Assembly: GCA_963514005.1 (NCBI GenBank)
Contig: OY740813.1
Span: forward strand, 16,120,001-16,184,000
Direction: 5' to 3'
DNA length: 64,000 nt
From: Raja brachyura
Taxonomy: Eukaryota
A program made the position numbers and the translations under genes. Position 1 is the stretch's first letter. The number at the start of each line of letters is the position of its first letter. Positions 47,643 through 61,923 of the stretch are shown here, in pieces. The notes under the pieces are model-generated. The model made no database searches. It saw only the letters and a list, made by a program, of their open reading frames with translations, and was not told the origin of the DNA.

Positions 47643-47735
47643 GTCTGAAGAAGGGTCTCGACCCGAAACTTCACCCATTCCTTCTCTCCAGAGGTGCTGC
47701 CGGACCCGCTGAGTTACTCCAGCGTTTTGTATCCA
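47643..47735 (+). mobile_element. Penelope-derived end in barhl1 intron 1 with variant hammerhead core (47645-47672)
   Basis: CTGAAGA-A-GGG-tctcga-CCC-GAAAC-TTC-acccattcc...gctgagttactccagc. Confidence 0.8.
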
Positions 47736-50700
47736 TTGTCAGTCAAAGAAACGTGTCAAAGAAACGACAAATTCCATTGCCCGACTCTGTGTGTTCGGGG
47801 TCCCGTGACCACTAAGGGGAGGCCAGGGACCCAAAAGTTTAAAATACATACCTTGTTTTTTTTAACATGAGAGCGGTTCTAAATGTGGATATTGGCCTTT
47901 GCGTACTTCGGATTTTTTTTTTAAAACAATATTTCCAATGTTAAAATCTTACGAGTGGGACGTGAGCAGATGTAGTGCAAAGCGGAAAAGGGGATAAGGT
48001 CAGAAGGAGTGAGACAGACTGGTGTCTGCGAGGTGTGTGGTACGAGGGGGCTTGAGAGATAGCTGGCACAGTCAGAACTCATTCATCAGGGCTGAGATGA
48101 ATGAGTTTCTTGCAAACCCGGCATCAATAAATAAAAACGTGCCCGTGTGTGCGAGAGAGTTATTAAAAGTACAGATGGTAGCAAACTTCAAAAAATAGTG
48201 GATATTGAGCCTCACGCTCCCAGCGCGGGAGACGTTAAACTGCATCAGTGGCTTTCAATCAGCTGAGAGTCTAGAATAAACGAATGTCGGACTGAAACGA
48301 TAACCTGTCAACGCTGGCGCAGCTTAACATGAATCAAAAGAATCATTCCAGACCAGTGAGCTACACTGGACCAGGGCTCATTGTGATATGATTCAAACAG
48401 AACGACGAGGAAACGGAAAACTTCCCAAGGCCAGCCTCAACAACAGGGGGGAAATGTGGCTGTTCTCGAGAGAATATAACTTCGTTTCAGCGGCTGCAGA
48501 TTTAGTTTCGAGCCCTGCTTCCAAATGTGAGCCTATTTTCTATCATCGATCTTTAAAGTTGGGGAGCTCCAATCTAAACTTTGATCGAAGTTTGTTGCCC
48601 TTTTAAAAAAAAATCAGAAATTCAGGCATTAAACCTTCAAATTGTAGTATTACATTTATATTTATTTAGACCAAAACTTAAAACATTTCACCTGGTTTCC
48701 AGGTTTTTTTTCTGTTTTAAAAAAATGTATTTTTAAAAGATGAAAAAATGTTAATAATAATCCAGGTATTTTGAAAACTTCTAAAAAAAAGGGGGGACTC
48801 TTTGGACTCAAATAAATGTAAACCCCAATTGTTTGTCCGTCGCTGCCGCGCCACGCTGAAACGAAATGTTTCTTGTGGAGCGGTTCCCGGCGCCTGGCTC
48901 GGGGTAACTTGCAGTTTTCACCGAGCTGACGGCGGCTGCAGTGGCGCCCACACATAGTCATTCACTCGCCGTGTTGGTACCAGCGCGAGGGCTGAAGCAT
49001 TGGAAAGAAAAAAAATGAATGGGAGTGTAATTTTATTTTTCAATAATTGAACAAAAAACCTTTTATTTTGCAGTTCTGGTACATTAATAAAATAAATGCA
49101 ATGATTTATTTGGCACCTGAACATATTTGCATGTTCACAGACAATAAAACTTTTATTTTTCTGGAAGATAATCAGCGGTCTGTCTCCTTGTTATTCATGG
49201 TCACGAAACGAAATATTGCAACTAATCCGGTAACTGGAACCTTCAGATTCAGGCGCTGGAGCGGCGCTTGCTTTGGTGAAATCAATAGAAGTTATTTGAA
49301 GTTTTAAGAGGCTGTTACTTTAACCCCATTTTTTTTTTTTTGCCTGAGGTGGTCTGGCATTTGTACCACGGAAAGTGTTCTTCCCACGTGCGTTTAACCG
49401 ACTGAAAACACGTTGACTGATGATCATTGCACCGGTTCACCTCTTTCTGTGCACCGGGGTTAGATCGCCTTGTGTGTGTGTGTGAGTGAGTGAGTGCGTG
49501 GAACTTTGGCTGTTAGAACTGTGCGCAGTTAGTGCAGGGAGCGTGTTGTGCCGGGCTGCATGCTCAGTTGAAGGGGAGAAATATTTGCTTCAGTCTGTGT
49601 TTGTATATTTGTCGGCAGCTAAAGTCTAAGTACGCCATGTAAACGTAGAGTCTGTGAAGAACGAAGCGGCGGCAAATCGCTGCAGAAATCACCGCTCGCT
49701 GTCAGCTGAAAACCCGAGCTGGGTTCAGGCGGAATATGTAGCAGTTCAGATGGCCCCTGTCCACCGCCCTTCACATTATTGTGGTCGCCTCGCCGACACG
49801 TTTAGGTTTCACTTTAATTTGCGAGATAATCCTATGATCAGTTTTATTTCGAAGGATTCTGGCGTTAATCGGCTTTGTTAGTTTCTGAAGGGACGGGTGC
49901 GATTTAATTTGTAAAACACGAGTTAAATGTACGGGATCCCCCACTTTCCTATGGCTAATCGACGCAGTCAGCTTCAAGCGATCGGTGTAAAGTCGCTAGG
50001 TAATCCTGTGATCAGTTCTTTTTTTTTTAAGGGTAGTTCAAAGAATGAGTCTCTAATCGGCCGACTTGCTGTTTGAGTCTCCCCTGGTGATTCAATTAAA
50101 TGGATTATTTCCTTCCTGGTCCGTGGAATTAGATCTCGGAATGTCTCTCCTTTCTGCCCTCTCCTCTCTTCTCACTGAACAACAACAACCACCACACGGT
50201 AAATGCAAACAAAGACCGACTGGATGTGTCCTTCACATCCTACCTGCCGGCACACCACAACCTCAGCTTCCTCAATGGCCAGCGTCAGCGGCCGAGTGGC
50301 GCTTAACCCAGACAGCCTTATAATGAATGTGAAAGTCTCATAATAGCAGACGGAAAAATAGCTACTAACGGGAGTTGCAACTTACTGGGGCGAGTGGGGG
50401 AGAGATTGAGACACAGTCAGATAGCGGGCATGAGATGGCGAGAAGTGTCCAGTAATTATAAGCTAGGTTGGGGATAATGGGAGCAAGTCCACGCCACCGC
50501 TGGGAGTGGGGATGGAATAGAGTGCCGGCCTGGTGCCCGTGTTCCGAGAATTTACCAGATTCCCCGCTGTGAATCCAGAACTGACCGTGTAACCCTGGGC
50601 TTCTCAATGAATGCGCAGTGGCCAAGGATGTACACTCACTTTAAGGGAAGCTGACAATCTTCAGCTTCCGACCAAGAGTTATTATTGTTGCTGGCGATGA

Positions 50701-50865
50701 TCAACGCTTGAGAACATCACCATGTGTAGATTGTGTGTGAGCTGAGTCCCCGAGGAGAGGCGAAACTTTCCCAAGTTCTCCCGATCACAAGCGGGGAGTT
50801 TGCAATGGCAAGAGGCAAGAGCCGGTGGCGGGGGGCACCGGTGGCAATGTTAGCGCTGGGTCTGA

Positions 50866-51129
<264 letters not shown>

Positions 51130-51395
51130 TGAGACACACAGAACCACAACTATCGCGCACAAAGCCCGTGAATAGGAAGCTATCACACACCGGGAGGTAT
51201 TTAATTGGGATGCCGCTGTTATAGGGTTGAAAATGTGAAATGGGACTAGTGCTGGTCCCAACCATTCGCCGACCCTCGGATCAGGCAGATCACAACAATA
51301 CAATCTGGGCATGGGGAACGACCCTCAAAGAGAAAGTCAAAAACTAGTCAAAAAGTTGCAGGTGCGAGTATGAATCGCAGCAGCTTCAATGAGAG

Positions 51396-51527
51396 TTTAA
51401 GAAGGAAATGCAGATGCTGGAAAATCGAAGGTAGACAAAAATGCTGGAGAACCTTCGCGGTTGAGGCAGCATCTATGGAGCAAAGGAAATAGGCAACGTT
51501 TCGGGCCGAAACCCGTCTTCAGTCTGA
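51396..51527 (-). mobile_element. Penelope-derived end in barhl1 intron 2
   Basis: ttaagaaggaaatgcagatgctgg...ggcaacgtttcgggccgaaacccgtcttcag. Minus strand reads CTGAAGA-C-GGG-tttcgg-CCC-GAAAC-GTT. Confidence 0.8.
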
Positions 51528-53517
51528 TCAACAAGTCGGACTCAGGGTTGGCAACTTAGTGTCTCAGGACTAGAGAGAAAGTGGGAGGGAAGAAAGGGGG
51601 CGGGGGGCGGGGGGGCGTCTTGACGGTGCCATAAGGTTGCCATTTATTATGAGGTGGGGCGAGGAAAGTGTGAACCATTTCTTGGGCACCGGCGGCTGTT
51701 AAGGACTTTATCTGAGGGCCATTGGATGACCAATCCCACCCGCGCAGTGATAGTTCTAACACCTGGGGCCAGTTACTGGATGCAACCGCATTCAAAACCC
51801 TGAGCATGAACCAAACCACACACCTGGAACACAAACTGAACCGAAATAATCTAATTCGTATGAACTCTGGGTTTAACAAGGTGAACACTCTGTCTCTATG
51901 CAAGCGCTCACTGGAGGTTTGTACGGTCAGAATCAATAGAATAGTGAGCTACCCTTAACTGTATACAACGAACAAGGTCAATATTGCTGTCTCGAGGTAG
52001 ATGCCGAGCGAGAACATTTGCAGAAGGCGCCGCACACTACTTCACCTGGAACCCGCTGCATATATGTGCGATGTTGCAGTTGCCCCGTGGGTAGTACGTG
52101 GGGGAGGAATCTGCCAAAAATAAATGTAAATAAATAATCCGGAAATAATGTTGCTTTAAAGTCCAAACTAACAATCCGCTCAATCCAAAGTATCTGGAAA
52201 ACTGGTCCTAAGGGGGGGGGGGGGGGGGGGCACCAAACCGAACGAGTACCTCAACTCAACCTGCCCTCATCCCGTCAACATCTGCATCATCCCGCAACAT
52301 CTGCATGCACAAGCACTGGGCGGGTTCCTCTCTCCCAGCAGCGTAGCCTTGCAATCAACCCCAATGCAGAGGAGAATTCGTTGGATTGTATGTGGTGCGA
52401 TGTTTATCGCGCAAGTTTCTGGAAGCGTGGCCCGTCCCTGCGCTATCTGCCTGCGTTCACCTGAGTTAAGTTTCCTCAATTTGATCCAAATATAAGGTAG
52501 TCTTCCTGAGATGAAAGAATAATCAATGATTGAACTGCCGGGTCTTAGTATAGGTACAGCACGTTGCAATATCCAATTTCTTATCATCCTGTTAACACCT
52601 ACACAGTTCAGAAAATAATTAGAAATAGCAGCTTTTTTAATCACGCGAGTTTGCTTTAGGATTAGCAGACACCTGTCACTAAGACGCCCCCACACGGCCC
52701 CCGCTTCCCTCCCTCCGCCCAGAGTGCGTAGCACGTATGCACCTAAACAGGGAACCTACACTTAAGCAACAATTATCAAGACGAATTTGTCGTCCAGTTT
52801 GGGTATTAAAGACTTAGTCAGGATTCACAGACCACGTTACTTAAACAATCACTTTGGTTTAGTCCCATAGGAAAGGGCGCATGGATTCAGGCAAGGTTGT
52901 TAGTCCGGGGGTTATCCACACTAGGAGCTGCAATTACTAATGCACATCATTCAAACTACTCTCGAAACTCTGGCCAGCAGAGGAGATGGCGAACCCCGTC
53001 TGCTGATAAGATATAACGCAAAGATAAGCCATTATCTCGGAGCAACCTGAGGCGAAGTTACATAAAGCTGTCAGACTAACCGAGGCAGAGAATTCTGCCA
53101 GGGGTGGGCCCCACTTCAGACAGAGTTTACACAGTAGTCCCTGTGCTATTTATAACTCAGACGGGCAAATGCCAACGTGTGTGCGGCTGATCTTATGTGT
53201 GTGTTGTGTACACACATCACAACATACGCACGCATAATTACAGGTTCATAAGAAATAAAACCAGAACAATTAAGGAAAGACAAGGAACTAAAGATGCTGG
53301 GATCTTGAGCAAAACATAAAATGCTGGAGGAACTAAGCGGAATGCTCAAGGCTGAGTTACTGCAGAATTTGTGCTTTGTACACACATTAAGCCTAGATTG
53401 TGATGTAACTCTCCCTATTCACAGCGTTTCATTAATGTCTTCGCCACATTCAGATGCTTTGTGGTTCTCTCGGATTGTCTAAAATCAACAATTGCAAGAT
53501 AAATGTCGTAATCATCC

Positions 53518-54170
53518 ATAGCGAATGGCACGTTGGCCTTCATAACAAGAGGAGTCGAGTATGGGAGCAAGGAGGTCCTTGTGCAGTTGTACAGGGCCCC
53601 AGTGAGACCACACCTGGAGTATTGTGTGCAGTTTTGATCCCCTAATTTGAGGGAGGACATTCTTGCTATTGAGGGAGTGAGGGAGTGCAGCGTAGGTTTG
53701 CAAGGTTAATTCCCGTGATGGCGGGACTGTCATCTGCTGAGATAATGGAGCGGCTGGGCTTGTACACTCTGGAGTTTAGAAGGATGAGAGGAGATCTTAT
53801 TGAAACATATACGATTGTTAAGGGTTTGGACACGCTAAAGGCAGGAAACATGTTCCCGATGTTGGGGGAGGCCAGAACCAGGGGCCACAGTTTAATAATA
53901 AGGGGTAAGCCATTTAGAACAGAGACGAGGAAACACTTTTTCTCACAGAGCGCCGTGAGTCTGTGAAATGCTCTGCCTCAGAGGGCGGTGGAGGCCGGTT
54001 CTCTGGATACTTTCGAGAGAGCTAGATAGCGCTCTTAAACATGGATATGGGGAGAAGACAGGAACGGGGTACTGATTGGGGATGATCAGCCATGATCATA
54101 TTGAATGGCGCTGATGGCTCGAAGGGCCGAATGGCCTACTCCTGCACCTATCGTCTGTTGTCTATTGTCT
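53518..54170 (+). mobile_element. CR1 LINE 3' fragment in barhl1 intron 2
   Basis: QRRFARLIPVMAGLS...LGLYTLEFRRMRGDLIETY...RTRGHSL, tail (tctattg)n. Confidence 0.92.
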
Positions 54171-56228
54171 ATAGCCAAAGTTAAAAACCGTAGTTTATGG
54201 AGATATAACCTGCAAAAATTTGATGTGATCACAAAACCTTCTCCCCGCCCCGAACCTTCACGCTCAGATCAGTTTTGTGGGACTCTGGGTGTGAATTCGA
54301 ATTGCAGTATTGCATAAAGTTCCTAATTCTACATTATTGCAGAGGTCAGCTCTTGCACTAATCCCCAGGTCTCACTGGTTCCATTTGCAGTGGATGAACG
54401 GCCCGTTACAGTAATCAGATTCGAGACTTTGCAATTTGATGGAACAGATTTGGTCCAGGGAAAAGCGGCGATCTCTGATCCCGCTAACTTAATCGATCTC
54501 TGTTACCCCCCACCCCCCCCACACACACACACACTATCCTTAAAGAGGGCTCTTTGGGGGATTGTTCGATGCAAAGAGTGCCTCGAATATCTTGACCCTC
54601 GCTCTCCTCGCCTGTAATTTTGGCGGCAACTGCTCCAAACACCTTTTAGGGCCGTTCTCCCTAGACTCGTTCGGTGACCACTGGTCTCGGGCAGTGGGCA
54701 CAGTTGAGTTGAGGGTCCGGCGCGCAATACTAACCTCAAACTTTCTGGTGACACCGAGATAAATTGAAAGCGAGCTTTTCTCATACTTTTTTCTAGTCTC
54801 GTGGGAGAAGGAGAAAGGTTCGGTACAAATTCTGTCCCTTTCAGCTCCCTGGCCCGATATTCACCCTCGGAGCCGCTATCCTGGGTTGTAGAAGAGTGTG
54901 AAGCGGAACATAATTAAAAGATAATGAAAAGATAATTGGTGACGGGTGGTAAATGCTCTGTCGGACGTCCATTCTGGCACAGAATGGCACATTCTGTTCT
55001 ATCCCGCCTTTAAACAGAACATCTCTCTTTCTGGGGCATTACAGCACATTACAAGGAATAAAACCAAACGTTTATCAAGTAAACATCCCCCCCCTCCCTC
55101 CCCTAACCCCCCCCCCCCCCCCCTTCCTTAAACACACCCTAGAAGGTTTTGAGTGTTTCCCTCAAAGCAACCCTTTCGGGAAGAAATACAAGTCACCCTG
55201 GTAGTCGAGTTGGAGCGACCAGGAGCATTAATCGAAGAAGGACTTGGAGGCCCTGGAGAAAATGGGACATGTTTGGGTTTTTGGGAAGGACGGTACTAAT
55301 CGACCCCGGGCAGCTAATGTGACAGAGGTATTCCAAATCTCAGAACAGGACACAAAACGTGTTGTGGATAATCCGAGATTGCAGCGATGAGAAATGTAAC
55401 GAATGTTCTGCGGATGATAGAAAGCAGTGGGTGAATGAGAGCAATCTCCAGGCGGGCCCCGCTCTCTGCATCGCCCGATGGACTTGTCAATCGTGAAGTT
55501 CACTCTTCCATTTCATTATGATTCTGGACTGAATAGAAATACAACTTCCGCTATGCCATCAAGCCATCACCCTGACCTGAAATTAAGAAACTGAAATAAA
55601 TTAAAGAAAATAGTTAACCAACAGTAAAGGTGAGAGAGACCTTCATCTCAAGGGACAGAATCCTCCTTCTGGAGGATGGGGTTTGTTAAAGTTGGGCTTG
55701 ATGTCTCTTTCCCGTCTCCTGTTCCTGGATCCCACTCATCCCACGACTAGAAGTTTGTGGGAATGAGTTCAGTCAGTATTGTCAAAGTTTATGGAGTCAC
55801 TTCCCAGTCTCTGTCCAAAAATGCGAGACTCTGGAGTTAAAATGCAGCTGTTTCTGATTCTAATTGAGACATAACACGCACACATCGAGCTTTCATTCAC
55901 CCCTTGAGCAAGATGTTTTAATGCACAATGTTTACAAATACTCACAAGTTGTACGGTCGCGGTTTCACGACACAAGCGCAAAGATGAGGCTCATTAGTTA
56001 CCTCCTGAACCGTGTCCGGAGCGGCCGGACCCAGTGCCCGCTGCCGGGTGTCCAGCAATGTTGACCTGTTTGTGATCCAGGCCGCCTCACCCGGCCGAGG
56101 CCGGACAAACTGTAGAGCGAGCCTGGAGATCTATCTAGAGTTTGGTTCTTAGCCTTGTTAAGAATACACAAGTGTTAAGCCCGATTCAGCCAAGCTTGTA
56201 GAATTAACGCTGTTCCCCTCCCCAACAG

Positions 56229-56520
56229 GACGAAGTGGAAGAGGCAAACGGCGGTGGGGCTGGAACTCTTGGCCGAGGCCGGCAACTACTCAGCTTTGCA
56301 GCGCATGTTCCCATCACCTTATTTCTACCACCCCAACGTCGTGTCGAACCTGGACCCGACTGCCATGTACATGTACCGGGGTCCCGCCGCCCCGCACCCC
56401 GTCATCCAGCGGCCCATCGTCCCCCGAGTGCTCATCCACGGACTGGCAGCGGGAGGCGAACAACCTCCGCCCCTGCCCGGCCTCGCAGGCGTCCTTCCCC
56501 GGCCGCCGCAGCCTCGGTGA
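56229..56520 (+). CDS. barhl1: BARHL1 coding exon 3 (end of homeodomain and C-terminus)
   Basis: Acceptor ttcccctccccaacag. (R)TKWKRQTAVGLELLAEAGNYSALQRMFPSPYFY...GVLPRPPQPR-TGA. Spliced CDS 451+223+292=966 nt, 321 aa plus stop. Confidence 0.97.
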
Positions 56521-57980
56521 GGCGCTCCGGCCCCCGCTCGGACTTACGTGGAAGCGACGACTGGAAATCAAACTAATTTAAAAAAAAAGCTTCAGTATTT
56601 AAAACAAAGTAAAACAATTTTTAAGAAAGATTGTATCTACTGTATTTATGGTCTTTATCTTCAAACTTTTTTGTGTAAAAAGTGAGAGGTTTTTAACTGT
56701 GAAACATAGTCTTAATTTAAAAAAAATGTTTTAATTCATCCTCGACATCTATAGTTTATTATTTTTCATTTAAAAATTTATAGTTTTTTACAAAACGGAA
56801 ATCAACTTCATGGTATGAAAACAGTAACTGGTGACGTTGCACTATTTAAAATACTTTTTGTTGCTATTAAGCATTTAAATTGTACAATTTATTTATTTTG
56901 AACGTAAGTTATGACGATCGACAAATGCTCTGTACTATAGTGTATATATATACCACGTGAGTGTATTGTTCCATCAGTGGCACATTTTGTAGTTTCATGT
57001 GTTGTGTTTTTTTGATTTTCTGCGGGTGTGGATTGAAGACGGGGAGATGACCAGCCCCCCGTTTCCCAGCGCTACCCCCCCCCCCCCCCCCCAACCCCCA
57101 ACACCTCGCCGAGTTGTACAGATATGATTATTTATTGAAGGCAGCGAGCGCTGAGGCTGGAGCGGCAGCTGTTACGGCGGCAGCCGGGGAGCGGCGCCCC
57201 GGATTCGGGAGCCTGACAGATGGAGAGCGGATCCTGGCGTCCCCGGCGCCCTCAGCGGGAAACAAAGAAATAAAGGATCTACATTCGGACAGAGAGAGAG
57301 AGAGAGAAAAAAAAAACCCCAATCCAGAACCCGTTCGGTTTCTTCTACCTAAACTCAACAAGTCATCATTGCGAGGTTTATACGAATAAGTGCGTGGACC
57401 GATTCTCAAACTCAATCCATTTCTATCTACACCCCTAACTGCTACGTGTCTCAGGACTTATATTTTTTAAATTCCTATTTAGTGACACTCCTCCATTTCA
57501 ATGACAGATTTTAAAAATATTTACCGCTCTAATTGTATCATTTTACAGCACGTCTCGCAACAGGCTGTACAATAATTGTTACAAAAAAGTTTGATTGCTG
57601 TTTAAATGAAACGACTGTCCTTTAGAGCGGTGTGCTTAAATGTGAATTCCTGTAGCTGTCAGCTCTGCGTCAGTCACGTCAGTATTCCATTTAATCGGAA
57701 CTGAATGCAGCATCAATGGAAGAATGAGAGGCCGAGATTCAATGTCTGATATTCTGTTTCAAGAGTTTGGAAGCGTTATTTTTTTATACCGATAGTTTGT
57801 CAATGGAGAATTTCAACGTCGATACATTTCCTTTCGAGCAATTCCACAATAGCTGTTTAAATATCTTCTATTTATGTTTGCATCTGCCATTTGTAATATA
57901 TTCAAAGAATGCTCAACATGGCTCCATTTTTTTAAAATTATATTTCAGTCAATAAAGGATTCGCTCTTATTTATTAAAAA
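56521..57980 (+). other. Probable barhl1 3' UTR
   Basis: AT-rich sequence after the stop. AATAAA at 57269-57274 and 57951-57956. TGTATATA (Pumilio-type) at 56941 and several TATTTAT elements. Confidence 0.5.
57951..57956 (+). terminator. Candidate barhl1 polyadenylation signal (AATAAA)
   Basis: Canonical AATAAA in T-rich context about 1.4 kb after the stop. Confidence 0.45.
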
Positions 57981-58989
57981 AAAGTTTACTTGCAGAACTT
58001 AAACGTTTAAAAAAAAATCTAGAAACCTTTAAATTGTCGGTTTCCAGGGTTGAAAATTCAGATGTTGAAGAATAAAGTGTGAGATGGATAATAGGTCGCA
58101 GCTCGGGGGCACGTATCCTGTTTCACGAGCCCCCAAAATGGGTGTCTGACCAACTCTTACACTTTCATCCCATGGCAGGCAACTTGTTCGCCACGTTTTG
58201 GCCTTTCTGTACAGCAAGATGAGCAGATCATCTTTTTGCTGCCAACACTCAGTTAATCGTGAGCGGACACGGGCAATGGGGTTGTGAGGAGATTTGTCTT
58301 AACCCCCGGGTTGGGATTTAACTGGGGAAAGGAAAGAGTTCTGGATACATCAGAACAACCACACCACCACAACCACAAGTGATATCACAATTTCCCCTCC
58401 TCATTTGTATTCCAGGTTTGCAAGGCCAACAACCTGAATCACATTAAGGCAGTCAAGTGCGAATGTGTGGGACAACATTTGATCGCTGGACGAATACTAT
58501 TATCCCGCCTTTCATTTAAACATTACATTATTATCAGACGGTGTTCGTTGTTAATGTTGATTATGAGGTTTGGTCCATTTCCGACAATGAATCGTTGGAT
58601 TTTGCCTGTTGATTTATAGACAACTCAATTTGAGAGAAGGCGCGATCTTCACTTAGACTGGAGGTTGTCTTTATGTAAAGGTTTTCGCTGCTCCGGAGGT
58701 CAGACGGAAACAACGGTGGGAAGCAGAGGGAATATTTGTGGCAAGTCGAGATCAGCAGTAATGGTGGTAAAACTCGATGGGATCATCCGAGTCACAAAGC
58801 GAATGATGTGTGGTAAATCACCCAGGCAGAATGCGCCGGAAGAAACAGATTGCTTTTGGGACAATTTGAGAGTTACTGATCATCTCATTCAAATAAACTT
58901 TCTTTTTTTTGGTGTAAGTAATTTCGACACAGGCTCCATCGATATTACTTGCCACCGGATTTATTGAGCCCAGTGGACTATGTTTAATT

Positions 58990-59215
58990 NNNNNNNNNNN
59001 NNNNNNNNNNNNNNNNNNNNNNNNNNNNNNNNNNNNNNNNNNNNNNNNNNNNNNNNNNNNNNNNNNNNNNNNNNNNNNNNNNNNNNNNNNNNNNNNNNNN
59101 NNNNNNNNNNNNNNNNNNNNNNNNNNNNNNNNNNNNNNNNNNNNNNNNNNNNNNNNNNNNNNNNNNNNNNNNNNNNNNNNNNNNNNNNNNNNNNNNNNNN
59201 NNNNNNNNNNNNNNN
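58990..59215. other. Assembly gap (226 N)
   Basis: Run of n characters. Confidence 1.
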
Positions 59216-59565
59216 TCTACATGTGAGTGAGTATGTGTCGGTATTTGCGTTAGTGTGTGTGTTATGTGTGTGTGTGTGTGCGTGTATTTGTGTGTTAGTG
59301 TGTGCGTCTACGTGTGGGTGAGTATGTGTCGGTATTTGCGTTAGTGTGTGTGTTAAGTGTGTGTGTTATGTGTGTGTGTGTGTGTGTGTGTGTGTATCTG
59401 TGTGTGTGTGTGTGTCTGTGTGTGTCTGTATTTGTGTGTTAGTACGTGTGTTTATGTATGTGTGTATTTTTGTGTGTGCCTCTGTGTGTCTGTGTGTGTC
59501 TCTGCGTGGTTCTCTGTGTCTGTGAGTCTGTGGGCGCGTGTGTCTGTCTGTGTGTCTGTCTGTAC
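59216..59565. repeat. Degenerate (TG)n low-complexity repeat
   Basis: Long interrupted TG repeat with a duplicated unit gtgagtatgtgtcggtatttgcgttagtgtgtgt. Confidence 0.95.
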
Positions 59566-61794
59566 CTAATGTCCATGCCGCCTTTATTTGATATTTTTTA
59601 GATCAGCAAAAGTCTATAAAATTGTGGTTCGGTGTTTTTTAAATCGCACATTAACAAAGATCAGGACACTACTTGCAATTTGTCACCAAAATACTATAGA
59701 AGGTGTGGAATGTATCACAGAACCACGAACATGCCCAATGTAGATACAGAATGTGACAGGAAATTCCATTTAATTTTAACATAATAATCTAGTTGATGAA
59801 CTGCTTCGCTATCGAACCTGAAACATGCCCCGAAATAGTTTTTTACATTTCAAACGATAAATTAACAGACTGGAAATTCAGAATTTTACAAAGGGCAATC
59901 ATTTCTTTCCAAATAGTTACAATTATGGGGGAAACGTGTTTGGTAAACCAATAACATCATTGACGTTTCTCCAATGTACCCACTGTACATCAGTATAGAC
60001 GAGGCGTTTGACATCCTGCCTTTTCCACTGGTGGGTTTGACGGGCATATTGAACCAAAAAACCATAATTAAGACGATATCTTCCAAGCCTTGATTTGTCG
60101 CCAAATTAAGAAGGTTCGGTGTAAAAAAAAATCAGCACGTACTGTATTTTATATCTGGAAATTTCGAAGGATTTGGTTTACCAGTGGCAGAGGCAGAATA
60201 AGTTTATAAACCCACCAGAACGTTGATCTTTTCAACGGAATACTTCAGAGTTTAATTGACGTGTCACAGGCTGCTCCTCAACTTCCTCCCCTCACGGCAC
60301 ATTTTAGCGACTCTGGCTTTTGTACGAAATTTATGTAAAGGCAGTAAACTGGTTCTTATTCTACAGTAAATAATATAGAGTTCAATATAATGGACCAGAT
60401 AGGGGGGACTTGTTGGTCCCTGCACACGAGCCCTGGTGTCATCACAGACGTTGGGGAAATTAATTTTAATTAATTAAATCATTTGGCTTAAAAACCTAAT
60501 ATCAATGATAGTGAACATGGAACTACTTAATTTTCTTACGAACACATTCACCGATGTCCTTCAGGGTAGACTAACGTGGTCTGGTCTGGGCGTGATACCC
60601 CAATGCCCTGTAAAAGTGACCCAGCGACATCGCCGTTCAGTGGCCAATTGGACAATAAGTGGCGGTTTGTGCAGCGACTGACTTATCCCGCGAACGAATA
60701 AATTGCATCTGATCACTCGGTTAAAACATATTTCTGTGCATTATGCGATGGGATTGCGGCTCTCAGCTGTGAACGTCAGCGGGTATAAAATCCAGACTGG
60801 TGTGATTTCGGATTTTTCAGACTTTAAGCGCAGTTTGTGTAGAAACGTATCCAGTAAATGTCACTCAGGAACTAGAGCACCAATTTCTGTCACCGATATG
60901 AACGAGCCCGTGAGGTGTACCTGCATCGTGTTTGTTTACAGTGGATGTAATAGAACCGCCTGTGACCCGATACAAAGCGGAGGCTCACATTTGAACTAAT
61001 GTGACTAAAATTACGGCAGACTGGAACGACTCAATTATACCTTCAGTCGACCGAAATTCCCATCCTTCGCCCCATTACAATGATTAAGTCGACACCATCA
61101 CTAAAGCGAGAGAGACACAGGGAGGGTTTTTTTGACGGACATCCTTATTTAAGAGCATAATCCCGTTTCATAATCACAGCTTCTAGATTTCTCATTTTAA
61201 AATCGTGGAGGGATAGAATGTGTAAAATAAACACAATTCTAAAAGTTGCAGCTCCAATATTTTTTAACTTCAGATTTTTTTTTAAACGACCGACCTCTTT
61301 GATTTCTGCTCCAGATGCAAATTACTGATATGAAAATCCCCCTTTCTGATGAACGTCAGAAGACATTAAGCATTAAAATGAACCTCGGTTCTTCAAATCC
61401 ATACTTTAAAATAATATGCCTTTTTTTAGTTAGGTGGCTTGATCATCGCTGATGAGCAATAAGATTATACAAACACCATTAACAGTAGAATGTGTAGGAC
61501 AATAGGAAGCTACTAATCCGAACGTGTCAGTGCCGAATGCATCTCAGCACCGATGGGCCAGTAACGACAAGAATGACATATCAGGAGTGAGAATCAATTT
61601 TTGAATATTGCCGTAGAGAGGATGCAACATCGTGGACTTACTGCTACTTGGAGCTGATGTTTAAGGAACAACTCTCCCTAATCCACCTATTCACAATTTA
61701 ATTATTTATTTAAACGGTGGAGATATGTTTAACTTTGACCAGGCATGGAATTAGTCACCCCACCCCCCCCCCCCCCCAAAAAAAAAAGAGTAGA

Positions 61795-61920
61795 AACAAG
61801 GAACTACATATGCTGGTTTCCACACAACGATACAAAATGCCGAAAGAACTCAGCTCGTCAGGCAGCATCTCTGGAGAACGTGGATGCGTGACTTTACGGG
61901 CCTGGACCCTTCTTCAGTCT
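61795..61920 (-). mobile_element. Degenerate Penelope-derived end
   Basis: aaggaactacatatgctgg...caggcagcatctctggag...ggacccttcttcagtct. Confidence 0.65.
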
Positions 61921-61923
61921 CCC

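Noticed and set aside
58980-59569. ORFs spanning the N gap and TG repeat
   Set aside because: Artefacts of Ns and low-complexity sequence.
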